64,000 nt of DNA, taken from NCBI GenBank assembly GCA_038496445.1, contig JALMLS010000447.1, positions 186,001 to 250,000 on the forward strand, written 5' to 3'. Position 1 is the first letter of the stretch. Every line of letters begins with the position of its first letter. The DNA comes from Trichosphaerium sp. ATCC 40318 (Eukaryota > Protista > Tubulinea). The position numbers and the translations under genes were made by a program. The notes beneath the pieces were generated by a model, which was not told the DNA's origin, made no database searches, and saw only the letters and a program-made list of their open reading frames with translations. Positions 1 to 13,788 of the stretch are shown here, piece after piece.

Positions 1-3000
1 GTATTGAGTTGAAGGCATAACACCATCAGCTGTATCGAAAGAGTACATGCCCATGTTGTCTGTAGTTTCTCTATCGATAACCATGCCGTTACCTGTGTCT
101 GTGATTGAAACATCTCTGTTTACAACAGGCATATCTCCAGCACCTTAAAATACAACGGTAAGTACTTAAATAACAAAGTAAAAGTTGGAGGCATACTTTG
201 AGTGTTGTCACTGTCCAAGTCAAAGAAAACGAGGTCTCCGATGTTGACAGTGAGTGTAACAACAAAACCGAAATCATAGTCAATATTCATCATATTGATT
301 GAAGGTGAGGTCTAAAGAACAGGAAGCATGAGTAAATATAGAAAAGTTGGTACAACACAGAAACGTACAAAGTCAACGCAAGATACACGTTCGGCCATGC
401 CACCTCCAATATCGACCATACGTTCATCACCATCAGAATCAATGGTGTCATCCATACCAGCGCCAGTGGCTGTTGGGTCTGTATTTGCTGGAACTTGAGC
501 ACAAATGGTGTACATTGTGTCAGGTAATAGGCCATCTGTTTCGTCAAAACCATAGATACCACTCATGTCTGTCATATCTGTTGCGATAACTGTTCCACCT
601 TGGATCAGTGCAACAGTTATGCCGTTGATACCAGTTTCGCCAATTGAAAGACCATTGTTATTAGAGTCGGTAAACACAAGGTCTCCAACTGAAACAGTAC
701 CAGCGACGATACCAAAGTCAATGGTATCGTCTGTAGTACCACCATTTGGAGAGGTGATATCAACACATGAGGCACGCTCTGGAGTACCATCGCCATCAAA
801 GTCAAAGGTAGTTATTGTACCGTCTGAGTCGGTGGCTGCTGTACCCATTCCTGTTTGTGCAGGGACATCAAGAACGTCAAGTTCAATACAAATGGTATAA
901 TCTGTGTTTGGCACAAGACCATCTGTTTCATCGAAAGTGTATTCGCCGTTCATGTCGGTGACATCGGTAGCGATAGGAGTGACATCATTGCGAAGGGTAA
1001 TCACAACTGTTCTTCCTGGTACGTCTGCGTCACCACCGTCTTGTATACCGTCATTGTTGTTGTCCATGAATACACGGTTTCCAACACTGACTGGTTGATT
1101 GACAAATCCAAAGTCAATTGTCAAGTCATTAACACCAGCATTAGGTGAGGTCTTTATCATAAAAGTTAGAGAAAGTTCAAGAATTATTTTCAAATTATCA
1201 ACGTACAATCATAACACATGAAGCACGGTCAGGAGTGCCATCTCCATCAAGATCAATCATTAGTTCAGCGCCATCAGAGTCAATGGTATCATCTCCACCA
1301 GAGTTGGCAGTGATTGGATCTTGGTTTGTTGGTACTTGGGCACATACTCGGTAGTCTGTGTCTGGAAGTAATCCATCGGTTGTAGAGAACATGTAGTTGC
1401 CCATTGCGTTGGTCATTGTGTTGGCAACTTCAACGTCCATTGAGTCGAAAAGTACGACAAGTACGTTGTTAATTTCAGTGTCGCCTCCATCTGTAAAAAG
1501 TAGAGTAAGAAAAGGGAAAGTGATTCTTTTAACTAAGACAGACGAAAAAATGATAAGATCAAGAAATAGTACCTTGAACGTTGTCTCCATTTTCATCAAC
1601 AAAGACAAAGTCACCAATAAATTGAGCTGGTGCATTGATAATACCAAAATCGATTGTATCGTCAGTGCCACCACCATTTGGAGAGGTGATGTCAGCACAT
1701 GAGGCGCGCTCTGGAGTACCATCGCCATCAAAGTCGAAAGTAGTTATTGTACCATCAGAATCAGTAGCTGCGGTACCCATTCCTGTTTGAGCAGGAAGGT
1801 CAAGAACGTCGAGTTCAATACAAATGGTGTAATCTGTGTTTGGAATTAAACCATCTGTTTCGTCGAAAGTGTATTCGCCGTTCATGTTGGTTACATCGGT
1901 AGCGATAGGAGTGACGTCATTGCGAAGGGTAATCACAACTGTTCTTCCTGGTACATCTGCGTCACCGCCATCTTGAATACCATCGTTGTTGTTGTCCATG
2001 AATACACGGTTTCCAACACTGACTGGTTGATTGACAAATCCAAAGTCAATTGTCAAGTCATTAACACCAGCATTAGGTGAGGTCTTTATCATAAAAGTTA
2101 GAGAAAGTTCAAGAATTATTTTCGAATTTTTGAAGTATCAACGTACAATCATAACACATGAAGCACGATCAGGAGTGCCATCTCCATCAAGGTCAATCAT
2201 TAGTTCAGCACCATCAGAGTCAATGGTATCATCTCCACCAAAGTTGGCAGTGATTGGATCTTGGTTTGTTGGTACTTGGGCACAGACTCGGTAGTCTGTG
2301 TCTGGAAGTAATCCATCGGTTGTAGAGAACATGTAGTTGCCCATTGGATTGGTCATTGTGTTGGCAACTTCAACGTCCATTGAGTCGAAAAGTACGACAA
2401 GCACGTTGTTAATTGCAGTGTCGCCTCCATCTGTAAAAAATAGAGTAAGAAAAGGGAAAGTGATCCTTTTAACTAAGACAGACGAAAAAATGATAAGATC
2501 AAGAAATAGTACCTTGAACATTGTCTCCATTTACATCAACAAAAACAAAGTCACCGATAAATTGAGCTGGTGTGTTAATACCAAAGTCGTTGTCGAGGTC
2601 AGCGTTGCCAAGTGTTGGACTCATCTAGAGGAAATAGTATTAGTGAATGTGACCAAAACAGTTGTGGACATACAATATCAACACAAGAAGCGCGATCAGG
2701 AGTGCCATCACCATCGACATCGAACATTTGAAGAGATCCATCAGAGTCGATGGTATCATCTCCTCCGGCATCAGCAGTAACAGGTGCTTCAGTACTCAAA
2801 AGAAGTACACAGATCATGTACTGAGTTGAAGGCATAACACCGTCAGTAGTATCAAAAGAGTACATGCCCATGTTATCTGTGGTTTCTCTATCGATAACCA
2901 TGCCGCTACCTGTGTCTGTGATCGACACTTCTCTGTTCATTACAGGCATGTCTAGACCACCTTAAAATACATTGTTAGAGACCAAGTTTGTACAAGGTTA

Positions 3001-6000
3001 AAGGGCTTACTCTGAGCATTATCACCATCCAAATCGAAGAAAACAAAGTCTCCGATATTGACAGTTTGTGCTACAAATCCAAAGTCGTAGTTAAGGTTCA
3101 TCATGTTGCCTGATGGTGAGGTCTAAAAAATATCAATAAAAGGAGTACCAACCAAAACGTCAAACAATTTTTCAAAAAAAACCAAAAGGAACATACAAAG
3201 TCGACGCAAGATACACGTTCAGCCATGCCACCTCCAATATCGACCATACGTTCGTCACCATCAGAGTCAATGGTGTCGTCCATACCAGCTCCAGTGGCTG
3301 TTGGGTCTGTATTTGCTGGAACTTGAGCACAAATGGTGTACATTGTGTCAGGTAATAAGCCATCTGTTTCATCAAAACCATAGATACCACTCATATCTGT
3401 CATATCTGTTGCAACAACAGCTCCACCTTGGATCAGTACAACAGTTATACCGTTGATACCAGTTTCGCCAGTTGAGAGACCATCATTATCAGAGTCGGTA
3501 AAGACAAGGTCTCCAACAGATACAGGACCAGCGACAATACCAAAATCGATTGTATCGTCAGTACCACCTCCATTTGGAGAGGTGATGTCAACACATGAGG
3601 CACGATCAGGAGTGCCATCGCCATCAAAGTCGAATGTACTCAAAGCGCCATCAGAGTCAGTAGCTGCTGTACCCATTCCTGTTTGAGCAGGGAGGTCAGG
3701 AGCTCCAAGTTCAACACAGATGGTGTAGTCTGTGTTTGGTATTAAACCGTCAGTTTCGTCGAAAGTGTATTCGCCGTTCATGTTGGTGACATCGGTGGCA
3801 ACAGGAGTGACATCATTGCGAAGGGTAATCACAACTGTTCTTCCTGGTACGTCTGTGTCACCACCGTCTTGAATACCATCACCATTGTTGTCCATGAATA
3901 CACGGTTACCAACACTCACTGGTTGATTGATAAAACCAAAGTCAATTGTCAAGTCATTCACACCAACATCAGGTGAAGTCTAAACAAGAAAACAATTAGT
4001 TCTGAAAGTAATTTCAAAAAAAAGTTAATAAAAGACATACAATCATAACACATGAACCACGATCATTCATGCCATCTCCATCAAGATCAATGGCGACTTC
4101 AGAACCATCAGAGTCAATGGTATCATCGCCACCGAAGTTGGCAGTGATTGCGTCTTGATTTGTTGGTATTTGAGCACAGACTCGGTACATTGTGTTTGGA
4201 AGCAAGCCGTCCATTGTTGTGAACATGTAGTTGCCCATGGCATTTGTCATTGTGTTGGCAACTTCAACGTCCATTGAATCGAAGAGTACAACAAGTACGT
4301 TTTCAATTTCAGTGTCTCCTCCATCTAAAAACAGGGCAGTAAGCAAAAGGACAGTGATTCATCTTAAGAAATAGTACCTTGAACGTTGTCTCCGTTTTCA
4401 TCAATAAAGACAAAGTCACCGATAAATTGAGCTGGTGTGATAATACCAAAATCGATTGTATCGTCAGTGCCACCACCATTTGGAGAGGTGATGTCAGCAC
4501 ATGAGGCGCGCTCTGGAGTACCATCGCCATCAAAGTCGAATGTAGTTATTGTACCGTCTGAGTCGGTGGCTGCTGTACCCATTCCTGTTTGAGCAGGAAC
4601 ATCAAGAACATCAAGTTCAATACAGATGGTATAATCCGTGTTTGGAACAAGACCATCTGTTTCATCGAAAGTGTATTCGCCGTTCATGTCAGTGACATCG
4701 GTGGCAACAGGAGTGACATCATTGCGAAGGGTAATCACAACTGTTCTTCCTGGTACATCTGCGTCACCGCCGTCTTGAATACCATCGTTGTTGTTGTCCA
4801 TGAATACACGGTTACCAACACTCACTGGTTGATTGATAAAACCAAAGTCAATTGTCAAGTCATTCACACCAACATCAGGTGAAGTCTAAACAAGAAAACA
4901 ATTAGTTCTGCATCAATTTCAAATAAAAGTTAATAAAAGACATACAATCATAACACATGAACCACGATCATTCATGCCATCTTATCAAGGTCAATGGCGA
5001 CTTCAGAACCATCAGAGTCAATGGTATCATCGCCACCAGAGTTGGCAGTGATTGCGTCTTGATTTGTTGGTATTTGAGCACAGACTCGGTACATTGTGTT
5101 TGGAAGTAATCCATCCATAGTAGTAAACATGTAGTTGCCCATTGCGTTTGTCATTGTGTTGGCAACTTCAACGTCCATTGAATCGAAGAGTACAACAAGT
5201 ACGTTTTCAATTTCAGTATCTCCACCGTCTAAAAACAGGGCAGTAAGCAAAAGGACAGTGATTCATCTTAACAAATAGTACCTTGAACGTTGTCTCCGTT
5301 TTCATCAATAAAGACAAAGTCACCAATAAATTGAGCTGGTGCATTGATAATACCAAAATCGATTGTATCATCATTACCACCAGCGGTTGGAGAGGTGATA
5401 TCGGCACATGAAGCACGATCAGGAGTGCCATCACCGTCAAAGTCAAAGGTAGTTATTGTACCATCTGAGTCAGTAGCAGCAGTACCCATTCCTGTTTGAG
5501 CAGGAAGGTCAAGAACGTCAAGTTCAATACAGATGGTGTAGTCTGTGTTTGGTAGTACACCATCAGAAGTGTCGAAAGTGTATTCGCCGTTCATGTTGGT
5601 TACATCGGTAGCGATAGGAGTGACGTCATTGCGAAGGGTAATCACAACTGTTCTTCCTGGTATGTCTGTGTCACCGCCGTCTTGTATGCCGTCGTTGTTG
5701 TTGTCCATGAATACACGGTTACCGACACTCACTGGTTGGTCGATAAATCCAAAGTCGATTGTCATGTCGTTTACACCAGCATTAGGTGAAGTCTAAAAGT
5801 AAAAAAAAAAGTTAGAAAACGTTTTCTTAATAACTTAAGATTATTGACGTACAATATCAATACAAGAACCACGATCATTCATGCCATCATTATCAAGGTC
5901 AATGGCGACTTCAGAACCATCAGAGTCAATGGTATCGTCACCTCCAAAGTTGGCAGTGATTGGATCTTGGGTTGCTGGGATTTGAGCACATACTTGATAG

Positions 6001-9000
6001 TCTGTGTCTGGAAGTACGCCATCCATAGTAGTAAACATGTAGATGCCCATTGCGTTTGTCATTGTGTTGGCAACTTCAACACCCATTGAATCGAAGAGTA
6101 CAACAAGTACGTTTTCAATTTCAGTATCTCCACCATCTATAAATAGAATTGTAAGAAAACCGACAGTGATCAGCTTAATGAATCATACCTTGAACATTGT
6201 CTCCATTTTCATCAACAAAGACAAAGTCACCGATGAATTGAGCTGGTGTATTAATACCAAAATCGTTGTCGAGGTCATCATTACCAAGTGCTGGACTCAT
6301 CTGAAGAAAAGTAATTAGCAACAAATCGAGCTAAGCAAAAATCAAAGGCGTACAATATCAACACATGAAGCGCGATCAGGAGTGCCATCACCATCGACAT
6401 CGAACATTTGAAGAGATCCATCAGAGTCGATGGTATCATCTCCGCCAAAATCAGCAGTAACAGGTGCTTCAGTACTCAAAAGAAGTACACAGATCGTGTA
6501 CTGAGTTGAAGGCATAACACCGTCAGTAGTATCAAAAGAGTACATGCCCATGTTATCTGTGGTTTCTCTATCGATAACCATGCCGTTACCTGTGTCTGTG
6601 ATCGACACTTCTCTGTTCATTACAGGCATGTCTAGACCACCTTTGACAAGTTACAAACTTAAGTAAAAGTAGAAGGCGTACTTTGAGTGTTGTCACCATC
6701 CGAGTCAAAGAAGACAAAGTCTCCAATGTTGACAGTCAATGGTACAAATCCAAAATCATAGTCAGGATTCATCATGTTGATTGAAGGTGAGATCTAATAA
6801 ACAAATCAATAAAAACATTTTACAAAAAAAAAGGGAACGTACAAAGTCAACACAGGATACACGATCATCCATACCATCTCCATCAATGTCAACAGCACGT
6901 TCGTCACCATCAGAATCAATGGTGTCGTCCATACCAACTCCAGTGGCTGTTGGGTCGTTACCTGCTGGAACAAGAGCACATATAGTGTACATCAAGTCAG
7001 GTAATAGGCCGTCTGTTTCATCAAAGCCATAGATACCACTCATATCTGTTGTATCTGTTGCAATAACAGTTACATCTTGGATAAGTGCAACAAGTACACC
7101 ATTGATTCCGGTTTCACCCATTGAGATACCATTGTTATCAGAGTCGGTAAACACGAAGTCTCCAACAGATACAGTACCAGCGATGATACCAAAATCGATT
7201 GTATCATCTGTACCAGCAGTTGGAGAGGTGATGTCAACACATGAAGCGCGATCAGGAGTGCCATCACCATCAAAGTCAAAGGTAGTTATTGTACCATCTG
7301 AGTCAGTGGCTGCAGTACCCATTCCTGTTTGAGCAGGAAGGTCAAGAGGGAGAAGTTGAATACAGATGGTGTAATCTGTATTTGGTAGTACACCATCATC
7401 GGAATCGAAAGTGTATTCACCGTTCATGTCAGTGATATCGGTAGCGATAGGCGTGACATCATTGCGAAGGGTAATCACAATTCCTCTTCCTGGTATGTCT
7501 GCGTCACCACCATCTTGAATACCATCGTTGTTGTTGTCCATGAATACACGATTACCAACAACGACGTTGACAAATCCAAAGTCGAAAGTCAGGTCATTAA
7601 CACCAACATTAGGTGAAGTCTAAAAGTAATAAACAAGTTGAAGTGCTTTAAATAATTAACGTACAATTGTAACACATGAAGCACTATCGTCCATACCATC
7701 ACCATCGAGATCAATCATTGTTTCAGAACCATCAGAGTCGACAGCGTCATCGCCTCCAAAATCTGCAGTGATTGGAGCACGGTTTGTTGGTATTTGAGCA
7801 CAGATTTGGTACATAGTGTCTGGAAGTACACCATCCATAGTAGTGAACATGTAGATGCCCATGGCGTTTGTCATTGTGTTGGCAACTTCAACACCCATTG
7901 AATCGAAGAGTACAACAAGTACGTTTTCAATTGCAGTGTCTCCACCATCTTAAAAAAAGATCAGTAAGATTGTTTGTTATCACTTGAATTTTGTTATCTT
8001 TTTACCTTGAACATTGTCTCCATTTTCATCAACAAAGACAAAGTCACCGATGAATTGAGCTGGTGTATTGACACCAAAATCTATAGTCAGATCATTGGCA
8101 CCACCCGATGGGCTTGTCTAAAAAAAGCACGTGAGTTGCTGGCTGAATCATCCAGGAATCAAAGAAAAAAAAGAGGAAAAAAAAGTAAACGTACGAAATC
8201 AAAGCAAGAAGCACGATCGTCCATTGAATCACCATCAAAGTCGAAAGCTCCCAAAGCACCATCAGAATCAATACTGTCATCACCACCGACATCTTGCGTT
8301 ACAGGTACTTCAATAGGCAACAATTCGACACAGATTGTGTATTGTGTATTAAGGGTTAACCCATCACCTAAGTCGAAGCCGTAGTTGCCCATTGGGTCTG
8401 TTGTGTCTGTAGCTATTACTTGACCATCACTTCTTCTTATAAGTACGACTGTTCTACCATTTATAGGCATATCTCCTCCAGCTAAACATAAAAAGGTTAA
8501 CAAAGCCAAACAAAGGAAAAAAAGAAAAAAGTTCGAAAAAAAAGCAAAAAAAAAAAAAGCTTTTCAGCTCTGCTGTCACAAGTCGATTTCTTTTAATCAA
8601 GTTTTCTTTAAAACACAATTTCCTTGTTATAAATAGTATCTAATTACGGTAAAGATATCAAAAAATAATACGTACATTGTAGATTATTACCATCCATATC
8701 AAAAAATACAAAATCACCAATTAGTGTTGGAGGAACTATTCCGAAATCAATAGTAAAGTCGTCATTTCCATTTGGAGGTGTTGTTATATCTGCACAAGTA
8801 GCATCATCATCAGTTCCATCACCATCAAAGTCAAAAACACCCATAAGTCCGTTAGAGTCAACAGTGGCGTCCATCCCAACGCCATCCGGTGAAAGACCTT
8901 CATCACCAATGATTTGTACGCAAATTCTGTAGTTGGTATTTGGGGTCAACCCATCACCCGTATCAAAGGTGTATACACCGTCCCTATCGGTTTGAGTAGT

Positions 9001-12000
9001 AGCTACCACAGTACCATCTGTGAGTAGGATTGCAACATTACGACTTGCAACAGGTGTATCTCCTGCATCTAAAAGATTTGTTAGTCAAAAATATGTATTG
9101 GTTTTTGAAGAACATAGTTTTTTTTTTCTTAAACCGTACCTTGCAACCCATCTCCGTTATTATCGAAGAATACTTCATCTCCTACCTGTACTCTAGGCAC
9201 ATTTATAAAACCAAAATCAAAAGTTAAATCTGTATTGCCAAGAGCAGGTGAAGTCTATGAACGTTGTCAAAAAAACATATCAAAAATAAAATAATAATGA
9301 TAAAAAAAAGTGCGCCGTACGATCATCTGACAGAGTCCATCATCAAGGGATCCGTCACCATCAAAATCAAAGGCATTTAATGTTAATGTACCATCGGAGT
9401 CTATGGTATCATCCATTCCTGTGTTTGAGGCAGTAGGTACCATACCAGAAGGAAGAGGAACACAGATTGTGAAGTCTGTTGCGGCTTGTACATCAAATGT
9501 ATAGATACCCATTGCGTCTGTCAGTACGCTTTGAGAAAATACACCATTACTATCAAGAAGTACAACTATAGATGCTATTGGACTATCACCCATATCTAAT
9601 GATGATTTTTAGTTACAGTCCAAGAGCGTACATGCGAGGCAAAGAGTTTTTTTGTCCCCCCTGATTCTTATTTTTTTTCTTGAATAAAGTCGTACCTTGA
9701 ACACCGTCTTCGTTCACGTCAAAAAATACAAAATCTCCGATAGTAACAGGTGTAGGACAGATACCAAAATCAGCATTATGATCACGGAAAATGAATGTTG
9801 ACACAGGTACAGAAAACTCATAAGTGCTTCCACTTGCTAACATGAAATCGCTGTCATGTCTATCATTTGTACCAGCATCAGCTGGAGCTACTGTCGCTCC
9901 CCCTGTTAGTGCTGTGATGACAGCTTGTGAGACATCCACTGAGATTGTCCATGTTTCCATTGTAAATATAGGATTATTTAGGATCGTGAAGTAATAGTAC
10001 CTGCACAAAAAAGAGTTAAGCCCAACCAAAGAAAAAATTTGAAAAAAAAAAGCAGGTTTTAAGTTTCCGCGTACCCGCCGTTTGCTGTGGTCTCCATGTC
10101 TACAGCCATGCCATTATTACGGTCTAATGAAACAACAACATTGTCTATTCCAACCTCTATAGGGTCTTGTATACCATTACAGTTGAGATCAAACCAAATA
10201 AAGTTTCCTATCTGTGAAGGAGGCGCATCACATATTGGCTCTATCTCACCGACACCAGTTGCTTTATCAACAAAAAGGTCGCTACCATCAGCTCTGTCAT
10301 AAAAAGCATATGCAAGCTGCTTTACTCCAGTTTGTGTATTTTGGTTCGTAACACCTCCTGAGAAATCTCCTCTATTATCAAATGGATCTAACTGAGTGAA
10401 GATCATCTCTCCGGTACCTTGTTCAAAAAGTCAGAAAAAAAAAAACCCCAAATCACGTGATAATCCACGTGGTGTAATTTTTGTGCAAAATTTTTACTGA
10501 AATGAACTAGCTGTCTTGTAGATAACTAAGATACATACCAAGGATAGTAGTGATTGAACCCATGAATGTTTCTTGATGAAATTCTACTTCATCGCGCATC
10601 ATAGGATCATTAATGCGATCAGTGTAAACATCATCAGAAAAAAATTCGCCACCACCATCAGGTCCAAGTCCGAAATCAGCTCTGTTTCCAGGAAGCGCAT
10701 TATAGTCACCACACCGTGGACCGTTATTAATACCGCCAGAACCAACCTCAAGCGCGTATGTATCTATAAACAGAATATGTAAACAAATAATCTTTACCCA
10801 AAAAATAAAAAATCTTTTTGAAGTCCGTTTTAGTGACTTTGTTTAAAAAAGTGCTTACCGGAAGCTCTGTCATAACTAACACATAGAGCGTCACCTGTTA
10901 GATGAATTAGTTACAAAGTTGCTGAGTGATTCAAAAACAAATGAAAGAAGAAACTGGTTGTACCTCCGATATCTCCTAGATAATCAGTGTCAGCATCACC
11001 TGACTGACTTCCAAACCTATCACCAAAAGTGAGAATCATGTATCCATTCTCGTCGAATTCAATTCCACTCAATATAGGTTGCGGAAAGGCGGCTGTGGTT
11101 AAACAAGTAAGTTAACAGAACAAAGTATTTTCAGAACGTACTTTCAGGAAATGTTGAAAAAGGACACAGTATTGCGTCGAACTTTGTACTTTGCCAAGGG
11201 TTCCATTGTTGATATGACTCGATATTTAGTGTGGTACATAAAAACGCTTGTTCTCTTTGCCAGTCCATTGGAGCAGAAATAAGCTAAGAACGGAGAGAAA
11301 AGGTGAGACACGGTAGAGTAAAAAAAAAAAAACAAAAAAAACCCTCGTACAAGTGTCCATGTTAACCCAGATCCAAAGTTTGTAGGATCAGCTCTGTATA
11401 CATAAAAAGCCAAGTCGGCTGTATTGTTTGTACTTTCAGCACTGCAAACAACGCCAATGTATAAAAAGTCGTCGTGAAACCTTATTTTTGGTTAGTCTTT
11501 CGAAGAGACTTGTGTGCTGGGTCACGTGCACAAAAAAAATTACAAGTTTAAAACACTAAGACTTACGTTACTGCAAATGGTCTAACATCTTCGGTTGGAC
11601 ACTCACTGACCGCTATAAGAATGAAGAACGTCAGGAAACAAAGGAAAGAAGAATAGTAGTAAAATAATAAAAAAAAGATCACAGTTCATGAACAGTTAAA
11701 AAAAAAATCTGTTTGCTTTCGCCATCCTCCCTACTAGTACGTACGTGGGAATTGTATTGGTTCCGATGTAGCAACAGTAACGTCTCCAGGCGTTGCGCTA
11801 ATATCTGAAAATAGTGAGTGAGTTGTTTGCAAGAGCACAGTGATCCACAGTTTAATATGTTACAAGAAAAACAACAACATACCAACTTCCAATCGAAGTA
11901 CTTCTCTTGAGAACAAGTTCATAACAAACAAGAATTCCTCGTCATCACTCAAGTCCATACCACCAAACCCGTGTTTGAGAACAGTAGGGAATGCAGGGTC

Positions 12001-13788
12001 GTCAGCCACGTCAGTATTCAAACCACTTGGTTCCAAGTCATTATAATCATGAAGTGCATTTCTGCCCAAGTCAGTGGCTGGGAAACCCAGTGCTGCAGTG
12101 TCTATGAGTTGTGCCATATCGCAAGATGCCAGACTATTTATCCTAATTATAGTAGAAGGGCTTTGATTTGTGAGGTAGCCAGAAAATGACTTCTGATACG
12201 ACCCTAAACACTTCGTTAAAAACAAAGTAGTCCAAAAAAAAAAAAAAAAAAGGCCACTATACTAAGCCCTAGTATGTTCCTCTCCCCTTTTATCACCAAG
12301 ATATGAAATACGCACCCATGAATAACTGTCCTGTCAAAGTACTGTATGCCAGACCATAAACAGGGCCAGTTTCCGAACCTGTACAAATTCTAACAGGTGG
12401 GTCGTCCCTGCCATCATCTTCGTCCAAGAAAGGATCCACTACACCATCAGTATTCAATTTGGTTATCACAGTATCGTCGTCAGTTAAACTGTCAGGAATC
12501 CCTAATACACAAAATCTTGTTAGTTCTCAAAAAACAAAACCAAAGAGGGCGGGAAACACAAAACAACATTTTTCTTTTTCGTCCAAAGTCTTTTTGGCTG
12601 GGCCTTTATTGGCAAGACTACGTGCTATTTTTTTGTACTAGCATTTTCCATAGTGGGATTATACTAAAAGAGCTTTTTTTTTCCAGTCTGTCACGTGAAA
12701 ATTTCGCGAAGTTTCCAAAATACGGTAAAAAAAAAAGAAAAAGGGTTTGGGAGTCCCAAAGTCCACAACAAAAAAAAACCAAAAACACACCAGTTACGAA
12801 ACAAGAGGCGATAATATCTACCGAAACTCGTGAACCATCGACAACATCACCAACACAATAATCGTATGGATTTGAAAGAGGTATATCAGCAGATGCCGTA
12901 TTATCAAACGTGTATGTTCCCACGGCTGAAAAGAAGGAAAAAAAAAAGTTAGTACGAAAGAAAAGTGAACGAATGTGATTCAAGAAGTTTTCTTTTTGTA
13001 CCTCCGCCACCTACACCACTTGAATCTACAAATAAGCTTGGCATATCGAATATTTCTAGACGATGAGGGCCTAGTACATAGTCAACATAAATACTCCGCG
13101 AGTCTAGCTGGTCACGTGATAACAAAAAAAGTTCAAGATTATTCGGTGGAGAAAAAATCTCGAAGTGCTTTTTTTTTTTGTATCGATATTTGTTAATCAC
13201 GTGGCCATAGTTACAGTAAACTGAGTGTATATATATCTTTACCTGTAAGACCAGGGAAAGAATATTGACCATTAACATCTGTTGTTTGAGTTCCCACATC
13301 AGTATTTGTAGCATCAAAAGCATGTATCTCAACACCTTGTATACCTAAACACAAAAAACAATTATGGTTGGGCGTTTCGTGTGAGACGGTATCTAAGCTA
13401 CTAAAAACCTAACAAATATATAGACAGTGCTATAATGTATCTATGAATCTTGTACTTTCATCTGTTTTTATCACGAAGAGAAAGTTGTGTCACAAAAGGC
13501 ACCAAACTTCAAAAAAAAAAATTTCAAAATACAAAAAGTAACCCCGAAGGTTGTTAATCAATCGGAAAAAAGGCACGTGATAAGCACTTTTTTAGTAGGT
13601 CCGAGCGGTAAATGAAAAAGGTAATACTTTGGTCGGAGGATAAGATAGAGAGTCATACCAGGTTCTAAGGAGTCTCTGAACCCATCAAAGTCGAAATCTC
13701 TGTATACCGTTCCGGCTATCTGAGATAACGTAGGCGAAGCGAAAAACGCCAAGATCGCTATAACGATCATCGCCTTTGTATTATACAT
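1..13788 (-). CDS. Giant secreted SdrD-B/Cna-B-like repeat protein (colossin-like), multi-exon, 3' end beyond window
   Basis: N-terminus MYNTKAMIVIAILAFFASPTLSQIAGTVYRDFDFDG (signal peptide followed by a B-domain start). It is followed by a unique region of about 3 kb and more than 20 repeats of about 120 aa of the form (I/V)GD(F/L)VFxDxxxDGxQ...T(T/D)xxGxYxF...DSDG...TIDFG. Short GT-AG introns recur at equivalent positions in the repeats. Confidence 0.88.

Noticed and set aside
1-8100. Bacterial contig or CRISPR-like array
   Set aside because: The repeats are about 350-450-bp protein-coding units interrupted by spliceosomal introns, with no repeat-spacer structure.
347-8384. Plus-strand ORFs over the repeat gene and most other short ORFs in the track
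   Set aside because: These are antisense shadows or intron read-throughs of real exons, many with non-ATG starts.
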